NCBI GenBank assembly: GCA_016794125.1
Contig: JAEUKT010000004.1
Coordinates: 133,460-197,459 of the forward strand
Direction: 5' to 3'
Origin: Alphaproteobacteria bacterium
GTDB lineage: Bacteria; Pseudomonadota; Alphaproteobacteria; Micavibrionales; UBA2020
Length of the DNA stretch: 64,000 bases
Part shown: positions 35,971 through 43,620 of the stretch, in pieces
How positions within the stretch are numbered: the first letter of the stretch is position 1
Layout of the letters: the number at the start of each line of letters is the position of its first letter
Translations under genes and position numbers: made by a program
The notes under the pieces: generated by a model
Seen by the model: the letters and a program-made list of their open reading frames with translations, nothing else
The model's database searches: none
What the model was told of the DNA's origin: nothing

Positions 35971-37548
35971 TTATCTCAGTTGCAGCAGTTCGGCCGTCAT
36001 CTGGTCTGCGGTCGTGATGACCTTGGTGTTGGCCGAATAGGCGCGCTGCGTGACGATCATTTTGGAGAATTCATCCGCGAGATCGACGTTGGACTGTTCC
36101 AGCGCGCCGCCTTCGATATAGCCCGCGCCGCCGGTGTTCGCTGCCACCACATCCGGATCACCCGATGTGTCGGACACGCGGAACACGGTGCCGGTCAGCG
36201 CCGACAGGCCGTCGGGGTTGATGAAGTTGGCGATGCCCAGCTGATAGATCTCGCGCGACAGGCCGTTCGAGAATTGCGCGCTGACGATGCCGTCGCGGCT
36301 GACGGAGACGCCCGTGCGGTAGCCGACCGGAGAGCCGTTCTGGTCGGACTGCGCGGTATAGGCGCCGGTTTGCTGCGTCAGCCCTGCGATATCCAGGTTG
36401 AACGCGGCCGAGGTGCCGGCGGGCGTGGTCCACGATACGGGGCCAAGCGCCAGGTTGACCTGGCCGCCGGTGACGGGCGCGTTCAGCGTGCCGTCGCTGT
36501 TGAAGTTGATGGACTGGCCGGTCGGCAGCAGGTCGCCTGTTGCGGTCGTGACCTGGATATCCCACCAGCCGTTGGGGTTTTCGGTGACCGGTGCTGCGCC
36601 CGCGACGGGTGTCGCCGAAGTCGTGACCGTGGTGCCCGCGGGAACGCCCAGCGTGTTGAGCGCAAGCGGCGTGCCGGAACCGTCGGTCAGCGTCACTTCC
36701 GACAGCGCGACTTCGTTCTGGATCACGAGGAAGCCGTTGCTGTCCAGCTGTGCGTTGATGCCGGGAACCGCGTTCAGGTCGGTCAACAATTTGTTGACGT
36801 CGCCATCGAGGTTGATGGTGGTGGCGCCGAAGCCCGCATCGACGTCGAAGCTGTCGGTGCCGGGAACGAAGTTGCCCGATTGCGCGCGCAGATCGACGTT
36901 GCCGGTGACGGTGCCCGCGGTCGGCGCATGTTTCTTGAAATTAACCGTGATGGTGCGGGGGTTGCCGCCGTCGTCATAAATCGTGATATCGCGGCTGAAG
37001 TCCGACGTATTCGTGCTTACGGCCTGCGCCGCGTTCAGGTTGGCATCCAGCGACACCTGGGTCGTCATCTGCGAAATGCCGCCGCCGGTCAGGTTGACGG
37101 GGACGAGCGTGCTGAGGCTTGCGCCGCCGACGATCGCGCCGTTCTGGTCAAGCGGCCAGCCCTGCAGGATGAAGCCGCCAGTGTTGCGCAGGTTGCCATC
37201 GACATCTTCGCTGAACGAGCCCGCGCGGGTGTAAAGGCGCTCGGCGCCCGCCGCCGTACCGTTCTGCACGACGAAGAAGCCGTTGCCCGACATTGCGAGA
37301 TCGGTGGAGGAGGAGCTTTGCTGCAAGATGCCCTGCAGGCTGACGCGCTGGTTCTGCGTCGCCTTGACGGAACCCGGCGTGTATAGGGTGGAACGGCCAC
37401 TGGTGGTGACGAGGTCGGAGAAAGAAGCGTCGCTGCGTTTGTAGCCGACGGTGCTGACGTTGGCGATGTTGTTCGAGATCATGCCCAGAGATTGGCTCTG
37501 CGCGGTGAGGCCCGAAACGGCGGTGAAGAGTGATCCGAAAACGCTCAT
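35971..37548 (-). CDS. flgE: Flagellar hook protein FlgE
   Basis: MSVFGSLFTAVSGLTAQSQSLGMISNNIANVSTVGYK N-terminus and YSANTKVITTADQMTAELLQLR C-terminus. AGGAG SD before the trimmed start. Confidence 0.95.
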   Translation of the reverse strand: MSVFGSLFTAVSGLTAQSQSLGMISNNIANVSTVGYKRSDASFSDLVTTSGRSTLYTPGSVKATQNQRVSLQGILQQSSSSTDLAMSGNGFFVVQNGTAAGAERLYTRAGSFSEDVDGNLRNTGGFILQGWPLDQNGAIVGGASLSTLVPVNLTGGGISQMTTQVSLDANLNAAQAVSTNTSDFSRDITIYDDGGNPRTITVNFKKHAPTAGTVTGNVDLRAQSGNFVPGTDSFDVDAGFGATTINLDGDVNKLLTDLNAVPGINAQLDSNGFLVIQNEVALSEVTLTDGSGTPLALNTLGVPAGTTVTTSATPVAGAAPVTENPNGWWDIQVTTATGDLLPTGQSINFNSDGTLNAPVTGGQVNLALGPVSWTTPAGTSAAFNLDIAGLTQQTGAYTAQSDQNGSPVGYRTGVSVSRDGIVSAQFSNGLSREIYQLGIANFINPDGLSALTGTVFRVSDTSGDPDVVAANTGGAGYIEGGALEQSNVDLADEFSKMIVTQRAYSANTKVITTADQMTAELLQLR

Positions 37549-37618
37549 GGTAGTCTCCTTTTTTCTGTTTCTGCCGGAAGATTTTTCCGGCGGTGAATTA
37601 AAATCCTGCTGCGGTCCT

Positions 37619-37634
37619 TGCAACCGCCGTGCCA
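37619..37634 (-). promoter_or_regulatory. Sigma-54 promoter of flgE (TGGCACGGCGGTTGCA)
   Basis: Perfect TGGCAC-N5-TTGCA on the minus strand, 4 nt after the flgD stop and ~70 nt before the flgE ATG. Confidence 0.8.
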
Positions 37635-37637
37635 GTT

Positions 37638-38315
37638 TTAGATCGAAGCCTCGGCAATTTTGCGCACATCGGTCAACGGAACCTTCACGCCGTTGACGTT
37701 CAGCACAAGCGTGCCGTCATCAGCGGATTCAAGGCTCGTGACGCGTCCCGGCACATATGTCGTGACGTTCAGCGATGTGGTGGTTGCGTTGCCCGCGCTT
37801 ACCTTCAATGTATATGTGCCTGCGGGGGCCATGTTGCCGCTGCTGTTTTTGCCGTCCCACACGAAGTCGTGCGTCCCGGCAGTTTTTTCTGCGTCCTGCG
37901 AATAAACGGTGTTGCCGTCTTCATCGAGGATGCTGATCGTGCCGCTGGTCGCAGCTTCGGGCAGCGTGTAGGACATCGATGCGCCCTTGACGCCGTCGGT
38001 GGTAAAGGTGTCGCCCGCAACCTCGACATCCTTGCCGATGAAGCTGACGCCAAGCGCCGTCATGTTCAATGTCTGCATCGCCAGCAACTGGTTCAGTGTG
38101 TCGTTGCCGCGCAATTGCTGCTCGACTTGGCTGAACTGCACCAGCTGGTTGGTGAACTGCGCCGTGTCCATGGGGGACAGCGGGTCCTGGTTCTGCAGCT
38201 GCGTCGTCAGCATCTGCAGGAAGTCGTCGAAGTTCTGGTTCAGCTGCGTCGATGCGGTCGCGTTCTTTGTCGCGTTTGTCTGGACCTGTGTCGATGTCGT
38301 GTTGACTGCTGTCAT
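37638..38315 (-). CDS. flgD: Hook capping/assembly protein FlgD
   Basis: FLQMLTTQLQNQDPLSPMDTAQFTNQLVQFSQVEQ is the canonical FlgD motif. Confidence 0.95.
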   Translation of the reverse strand: MTAVNTTSTQVQTNATKNATASTQLNQNFDDFLQMLTTQLQNQDPLSPMDTAQFTNQLVQFSQVEQQLRGNDTLNQLLAMQTLNMTALGVSFIGKDVEVAGDTFTTDGVKGASMSYTLPEAATSGTISILDEDGNTVYSQDAEKTAGTHDFVWDGKNSSGNMAPAGTYTLKVSAGNATTTSLNVTTYVPGRVTSLESADDGTLVLNVNGVKVPLTDVRKIAEASI

Positions 38316-38333
38316 TTTTTATCTCCTGAAACC

Positions 38334-39731
38334 CTATACCATTATATTTATTCCGACCTGGCTGATGGAACCCATCGCCACGGCGGAAATGTTTGCCTGC
38401 ACGCCTGCCGCCAGCGTGATGTCGTCGTCGGCATTGCCCGCTGCGGCGCGGCTGCCGTTATTATTGTATGCGGATTGCGTGCCCTGATCGCGCTGCTGGC
38501 GCAGGTCAAAGCTGAGTGCGTTGCCGTCCAACTGGATGCCGGACTGCTCCAGCATTTTTTGCAGCTGCGCGGAATCTTTTTGCAGGATGGCCAGCGTCTC
38601 GGGCTTGTCGGCCACCAGATGCGCCTTCATGGTGCCGTCTTTCGAGAATTTCAGGCGCACTTCCAGCTGGCCCATATCGGCCGGGTGCAACTGCATGCGG
38701 AAGGTGTCGACCTGCGTCTGCGCGTTGCGGTGGATCTGCAGCGCGATCATTTGCGTGGTCTGCGTGCTGGACGCGGAATTCATATAGTTGACGAAACTGC
38801 CGGGCGTGCCCGATGCCGTTTGTGTCGCTGCGGTGCCGGCGGTCATGCCCTGCATATTCGCGCCGTTCTGCGAGAAGCCAGATTGGCCGCCAAAGCCTTC
38901 CGCGCCGCTATCCTGCGACGCAAAGGAATTGACGAGGGCGAGGTTCGTGGCGGGCGCTTGCGCCTGCGCCTGCTGTGATTTGGGGGCGGCCTGCTGCGTA
39001 TCCTGCGGCAGCGGCGCCTGTTGGGGGGCGGGCGAATCCTTCGCCGCCTGGGGAGAGTATGGGCTTTCGGCCTTGTGCGCGGGCTGGTACTTGCCCGGTT
39101 CCTGTGCAGCGGCTGCGGTCTTGACCGGCGCATCTGTGTCTGCCGGTGCGTCTGTTCCCAGCGGCATCATCAGCGCGGTTTGCTGTTCGGGTTGCAGCTG
39201 CGGCGACAGCTGATCGGCCAGCTTCACCAGCAGGCGTTCGATCGACGCGTCGTCAAGGCCCATGCCCTGCATCATATCAATCGCGTCTTTACGGAATTGT
39301 TCGATATCGGGCGTGCCTTGGTCTGTCGTATTCTGCGCGAACAGGTCCTGCAGCTTCACCAGCGTTTCGTCGTCGGCCGCGTCGTTCTGCAGCATGACGG
39401 AAAGGTTGGCCGACAGGTTGACGGGCAGGGAAGGTTTCGCCTCGACAGGCATTTCCAAAAGCGCGGTCAGGTTTTTCAGCAACTGGTCGTCGCTGGCGGG
39501 GGCGGATGCCTGCAGCTTTTCCAGGATGGCGGTTTTTTCGGCGGGCGCTTTTTGGTCGAGCTGGGCAAGTTTTGCCTGCAGTTTTTGCGTGCCGTTCAGC
39601 TGCGACAGCTTGGCGTTCAGCGCCTTCATGAAGGCTTGCGCATCTTCGGCAGACATGGAATTCGCGCGCGGAGCTTGGGTTTTCGCGCTTCCCTGTGCCT
39701 GTATCGCAATGATGTTGTTCAGCTGATCCAC
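38334..39731 (-). CDS. fliK: Hook-length control protein FliK
   Basis: P/Q/A-rich centre. C-terminal domain FRMQLHPADMGQLEVRLKFSKDGTMKAHLVADKPETLAILQKDSAQLQKMLEQSGI. GTG start. Confidence 0.85.
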   Translation of the reverse strand: MDQLNNIIAIQAQGSAKTQAPRANSMSAEDAQAFMKALNAKLSQLNGTQKLQAKLAQLDQKAPAEKTAILEKLQASAPASDDQLLKNLTALLEMPVEAKPSLPVNLSANLSVMLQNDAADDETLVKLQDLFAQNTTDQGTPDIEQFRKDAIDMMQGMGLDDASIERLLVKLADQLSPQLQPEQQTALMMPLGTDAPADTDAPVKTAAAAQEPGKYQPAHKAESPYSPQAAKDSPAPQQAPLPQDTQQAAPKSQQAQAQAPATNLALVNSFASQDSGAEGFGGQSGFSQNGANMQGMTAGTAATQTASGTPGSFVNYMNSASSTQTTQMIALQIHRNAQTQVDTFRMQLHPADMGQLEVRLKFSKDGTMKAHLVADKPETLAILQKDSAQLQKMLEQSGIQLDGNALSFDLRQQRDQGTQSAYNNNGSRAAAGNADDDITLAAGVQANISAVAMGSISQVGINIMV

Positions 39732-39763
39732 GGTTTACTCGCGTTGTTATCCGTATCTATCCT

Positions 39764-39779
39764 TGCACGTGCCGTGCCA
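39764..39779 (-). promoter_or_regulatory. Sigma-54 promoter of fliK (TGGCACGGCACGTGCA)
   Basis: TGGCAC-N5-GTGCA on the minus strand, one mismatch to consensus, ~33 nt upstream of the fliK start. Confidence 0.7.
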
Positions 39780-39834
39780 GTTTTTGCTGCGCGGAAAATT
39801 TCGGGAAATTGTTTTTATGCGCAAAGACGCGGAC

Positions 39835-39869
39835 ACCAAAATGGGCCGCCTGTGGGAAGCAGGCGGCCC
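39835..39869 (-). terminator. Terminator after the flbY-like gene
   Basis: Minus strand: GGGCCGCCTG-loop-CAGGCGGCCC followed by ATTTTGG. Confidence 0.6.
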
Positions 39870-39899
39870 GCTTTGGGAGGGAGAGAGGTAGTTTGTCAG

Positions 39900-40391
39900 T
39901 TAGAGATTTTTATCCACGGAGAGGGAAAGCGTGGATGTCTTGTAGGCTTGCGCATGTCCTTTCGCTGAATAGTTGGTTTGTTTGTCGTCGACCACGGCCT
40001 TTCTGGCCGCATCGAGGATTTTGTTGACGAGTCGGCCCGCGCTTGCCTTCGCGGTTTCGAGGGCCGTCAGGTTCTCCTGAAGGATGTGGGTGAAGCCCGT
40101 GCGGGATTTCACCAGTTTTTCGCGCAGCGGCATTTCCAGCGTTGCCACTTCCGCCTTGCGCTCTGCCAGGCCGGTCACCAGTCTTTGGTATTCATTGGCC
40201 AGGTTTTTCTTGGCGGTTTGCAGGCGGTCGACGGTCTTGAAATCGGATTTGCGCAGGGCGGTGGTTTCTTCCGCCAGCAGCTGGCCAAAGGTGTCGAGGA
40301 TCTTCATGACGGCCTGCACATCGTTGCGCAGGTTACCGTTGGCAGGTTTCGCGGCGGTCTTGGTCAAAGTGTTCGTTCCCATGGTTATCAC
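39900..40391 (-). CDS. Flagellar protein of unknown role (FlbY/FlgN-like by position)
   Basis: 163-aa helical protein third in a flgI - rod-binding protein - X operon, as in the Caulobacter flgI-cheL-flbY arrangement recalled from memory. No sequence motif recognised. Confidence 0.5.
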   Translation of the reverse strand: MITMGTNTLTKTAAKPANGNLRNDVQAVMKILDTFGQLLAEETTALRKSDFKTVDRLQTAKKNLANEYQRLVTGLAERKAEVATLEMPLREKLVKSRTGFTHILQENLTALETAKASAGRLVNKILDAARKAVVDDKQTNYSAKGHAQAYKTSTLSLSVDKNL

Positions 40392-40720
40392 CCCTTTTGC
40401 TGTTGTTCTTGTATCTGAAGCATCATCTTCTTCATTTCCGTAGCAATTCCCGTGCCAGTTCCGGCGGCCATCGCTTTGCCATATTCCTGCGTCAACAGAC
40501 TGCGGAACATCTTTTCGCCGTTGCCGCCGCCGAACATGGGGTCGTCGCCCACGCCTTCGAACATGATCGTTGTCATCTCGCCCAGGAACATGGCCTCGAA
40601 TTCCTGCGCGCTTTTCTCGATCTTGGCATCGGACTTGGCATGGGTGGGCTGGGCAATTTGTGCCTGCCGCGCCTGGTGCATCGCGATATCGGCGGAAGCG
40701 GGAAGGGGCATGGTGCTCAT
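40388..40720 (-). CDS. flgJ: Rod-binding protein (FlgJ N-terminal domain / CheL-like)
   Basis: KSAQEFEAMFLGEMTTIMFEG...EKMFRSLLTQEYGKAM matches the rod-binding domain. No muramidase domain. Confidence 0.8.
   Translation of the reverse strand: MSTMPLPASADIAMHQARQAQIAQPTHAKSDAKIEKSAQEFEAMFLGEMTTIMFEGVGDDPMFGGGNGEKMFRSLLTQEYGKAMAAGTGTGIATEMKKMMLQIQEQQQKG
40442..40457 (-). promoter_or_regulatory. Internal sigma-54 promoter (TGGCACGGGAATTGCT) ahead of the flbY-like gene
   Basis: Perfect TGGCAC-N5-TTGCT on the minus strand inside the 3' end of the flgJ-like gene, ~50 nt before the next start. Confidence 0.65.
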
Positions 40721-41874
40721 TACATCACCTCGATTTCGGCTTGCAGCGCGCCTGCGGCCTTGATGGACTGCAGGATCGTGATGATGTCGCGCGGGCCGAC
40801 GCCAAGGGCGTTCAGGCTGGCGACAAGGGTCTGCAGGCTGACGCCTGTTTGCAGTACGGTGATCTTTTTGTCTTCGTCCTTATCGACCTGCATTTCCGTG
40901 CGCGGCACCACCACGGTTTCGCCTTCTTGTGCGAATGCGTTGGGCTGCGATACCTGCGGGGTTTCGGTGATGCGGATCGTCAGGTTGCCCTGCGCCAGCG
41001 CCACGGTCGAGATGCGGACATCCTTGCCCATTACGATCACGCCGGAACGCTCATCAATCACGACGCGGGCCATCTGGTCGGGCGACACGCGCAGCTGTTC
41101 GATATCGGTGATAAGGTTGACGATGCCCGCGTTATAGCCGGGGGGAACATTCAGCGTCACGGAAGCCGCGTTATCCGCCGATGCCGCGTTGAATTTCAGG
41201 TGGCCGTTGATGGCGGATGCCACGCGGCGCGCGGTCGTGAAATCGGGGTTGCGCAGCGCAAGGCGCGTGGTGGTCATGCCGGCCAGCGTGAAGGGGATTT
41301 CACGCTCCACGATCGCGCCCGCCGCAATGCGGCCGCCGGTCGGGATGTTCTGCGTCACCGAAGCGCTGTCGCCTTTGGCCGAGAAACCGGCGATGGCAAC
41401 CGGGCCTTGCGCGACGGCATACACTTGGGAGTCAGCGCCCAGCAGCGGGGTCACCAGCAGCGTGCCGCCCTGCAGGCTTTTCGCGTCGCCGAGCGCGGAG
41501 ATAGAAACGTCGATGCGCGCGCCCTGGTTGGTGAAGGGGGGCAGCGTGCCCGTCACCATCACGGCCGCGATGTTTTTGGTGTTCAGCTTTTCATCGCGCA
41601 CGTTAACGCCAAGGCGTTCCAGCATGCCGATCAGCGATTGCTGGGTGAAGGGCGAGTTGTTCAGGCTGTCGCCCGTGCCGTTCAGGCCGACGACAAGGCC
41701 GTAGCCGACCAGCATGTTGTCGCGCACGCCTTCGATTTCGACGATGTCCTTGATGCGGGTGGTGCCTGCTGTGCCGGCTGTCATCGGGGCGGCTTTTGTC
41801 TTCTGTGCAATTGCAGCTGCCGGCAGCGCCGTTGCAAGCATCGCAGTGATAACCAGTTTGATAAATGTATTCAT
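40720..41874 (-). CDS. flgI: Flagellar P-ring protein FlgI
   Basis: Signal peptide MNTFIKLVITAMLATALPAAAIA, then RIKDIVEIEGVRDNMLVGYGLVVGLNGTGD. Confidence 0.95.
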   Translation of the reverse strand: MNTFIKLVITAMLATALPAAAIAQKTKAAPMTAGTAGTTRIKDIVEIEGVRDNMLVGYGLVVGLNGTGDSLNNSPFTQQSLIGMLERLGVNVRDEKLNTKNIAAVMVTGTLPPFTNQGARIDVSISALGDAKSLQGGTLLVTPLLGADSQVYAVAQGPVAIAGFSAKGDSASVTQNIPTGGRIAAGAIVEREIPFTLAGMTTTRLALRNPDFTTARRVASAINGHLKFNAASADNAASVTLNVPPGYNAGIVNLITDIEQLRVSPDQMARVVIDERSGVIVMGKDVRISTVALAQGNLTIRITETPQVSQPNAFAQEGETVVVPRTEMQVDKDEDKKITVLQTGVSLQTLVASLNALGVGPRDIITILQSIKAAGALQAEIEVM

Positions 41875-41917
41875 GACAGACCCATCCCAGATCATATGTT
41901 TTCCCGATGAAACACGA

Positions 41918-41933
41918 TGCGAGGACTGTGCCA
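41918..41933 (-). promoter_or_regulatory. Sigma-54 promoter of flgI (TGGCACAGTCCTCGCA)
   Basis: TGGCAC-N5-TCGCA on the minus strand, one mismatch, ~45 nt before the flgI ATG at 41874. Confidence 0.65.
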
Positions 41934-42006
41934 GTCATAAAATTAAGCTATTTCAGTATTTTAGGTTTGTAACAACAGGGCAATAAACGCCGAAACGGCC
42001 AGACAG

Positions 42007-42019
42007 GGCAAATATTGCC
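42007..42019. promoter_or_regulatory. 13-bp palindrome GGCAAATATTGCC in the flgI/fliX divergent region
   Basis: 12 of 13 nt identical to the fliF-upstream palindrome. It lies ~75 nt upstream of the flgI -24 element and ~40 nt upstream of the fliX ATG. Confidence 0.4.
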
Positions 42020-42059
42020 GACTGGTATCGGGCCGCCAACCCGCATATAGTAGGTATTC

Positions 42060-42494
42060 ATGAAAGTCGAAGGACCCGGAAAATCATCAGGCGCCAAGGG
42101 CGTTTCCAAGACCGGCGCCAAACAAGGCGCGGGTGGATCGTCGTTTAGCGGCATGATCGATTCAGCCGGGGAAACCGAAGAACAAAAGCCCGTCAGCGGC
42201 GCAATGTCCGTCGGCCAGCTGGATGCCCTGCTGTCGTTGCAGGAAAGCGGCGGCGGAACGTCTGAAGAGGCACGGAAACGCGCCAAACAGCGCGCATCGT
42301 TGCTGCTGGATCATCTGGATCAGGTGCGTCTGGGCATCCTGCAGGGCGGCATCCCGGTTGCTGCGCTGCAACAACTGACAAACATCGTCGGCCAGCACCG
42401 CGAAAAAATCATGGATCCGCGTCTGGCGGAGGTGCTGGACGATATCGACCTGCGCGTGCAGGTCGAACTGGCCAAACACAGCATGAACCGCTGA
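42060..42494 (+). CDS. fliX: Flagellar assembly regulator FliX
   Basis: 144 aa, MKVEGPGKSSG... N-terminus. Divergent from flgI exactly as in Caulobacter; conserved C-terminal LDDIDLRVQVELAK. Confidence 0.8.
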   Translation: MKVEGPGKSSGAKGVSKTGAKQGAGGSSFSGMIDSAGETEEQKPVSGAMSVGQLDALLSLQESGGGTSEEARKRAKQRASLLLDHLDQVRLGILQGGIPVAALQQLTNIVGQHREKIMDPRLAEVLDDIDLRVQVELAKHSMNR

Positions 42495-42610
42495 TTTTTG
42501 TCCTTTTTCAATAAAAATCCGGCAATTCAATGGAATCCGAATGCGGTATTGTGCATTGGGGCGTGGATGTTTATAATTTAAAGATACACAAAATCCCTAA
42601 GGTAACCGCC

Positions 42611-43054
42611 ATGACCGCACAACCCGAAGCCTCCCCGACCATCCTGCCGCCGGATTACAAGCCGACCGAAAAAGAGAAATTCATGAATCCGGTCATGCTG
42701 GAATATTTCCGCCAGAAGCTGCTGAGCTGGCGGGCGGAACTGCTGGAGGAATCCACGGAAACCATCAAGGAAATGCAGGAAGACAATCTGCAGAAGCCCG
42801 ACATCGCCGACCGCGCTTCCGCCGAGACGGATCACGCGCTGGAACTGCGCACGCGCGACCGCGAGCGCAAGCTGATCTCGAAAATCAACAGCGCGCTCGA
42901 GAAGATCGAGGACGCGTCCTACGGCTATTGCGAGGAAACGGGCGAGCCGATCTCTGTCGCGCGCCTTGAAGCGCGACCGATCGCGACCCTGTCGCTTGAA
43001 GCGCAGGAACGCCACGAACGCAAGGAACGCACGCAGCGCGACATGCGTGAATAA
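42611..43054 (+). CDS. dksA: RNA polymerase-binding regulator DksA (Cys4 zinc finger largely lost)
   Basis: DIADRASAETDHALELRTRDRERKLI (coiled-coil tip DxxDxA) and YGYCEETGEPISVARLEARP. Start trimmed to MTAQPE. Confidence 0.9.
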   Translation: MTAQPEASPTILPPDYKPTEKEKFMNPVMLEYFRQKLLSWRAELLEESTETIKEMQEDNLQKPDIADRASAETDHALELRTRDRERKLISKINSALEKIEDASYGYCEETGEPISVARLEARPIATLSLEAQERHERKERTQRDMRE

Positions 43055-43076
43055 GCGTCAAACGAATGCAGAAAAA

Positions 43077-43105
43077 AGCCCCCGCGAAACCGGGGGCTTT
43101 TTTTA
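43077..43105 (+). terminator. Rho-independent terminator after dksA
   Basis: GCCCCCG-CGAAAC-CGGGGGC followed by TTTTTTT. Confidence 0.85.
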
Positions 43106-43586
43106 TGTGAGAACGCCCGTTCCGAGTCGCAATCGAGTCGCGATTTTTTCGGTCAATTTTCTGCGGCAGAGCGGGCGGGCGCGATAAAAAAACTTTCTCG
43201 TGCGTGTGATAAATATTTTGGAAAATAACCGCGCATCGTTTTGCGACTTAACTGCTTGCGTTTCAAAGCCTGAATAGGAAAAACGCGCTAATGCTTATCG
43301 TTGTTGAGTTTCTTTGCGTAATCGTGAAGGAGATTTCAAGTTTATGTGAAAATATGATTTTCATAAACTATGCTTTTCGCCCGATCCGATATGCTTCATA
43401 CGCGTTTCTTGAAATTAAAATGCTGCCGTGCAGCGCATCTTTTTTCGACTCTTTCGTTTTTTCATCTTGTCGGTTTCATAAAAACTGATACCGTTCTCAT
43501 TGTTAAAAAAACGCTCCACAAACTGCGACAAAAAACCTCCGTCACAAGCAAGACGGGCATGGATCTCTTTTGAACGCGGTGGCCAA

Positions 43587-43602
43587 TTAACGAAACTTTA
43601 AC
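43587..43602 (+). promoter_or_regulatory. Perfect CtrA box TTAACGAAACTTTAAC 19 nt upstream of the vWA-protein ATG
   Basis: TTAA-N7-TTAAC read directly at the 3' edge of a ~480-bp AT-rich spacer. Confidence 0.6.
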
Positions 43603-43620
43603 TGTTACGGGTTTAAATAC

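Noticed and set aside
43291-43573. Two overlapping 65-67-aa ORFs in the AT-rich spacer
   Set aside because: F/I/C/S-rich, with no SD, and the AT-rich sequence is unlike the coding DNA of this genome. More likely non-coding.
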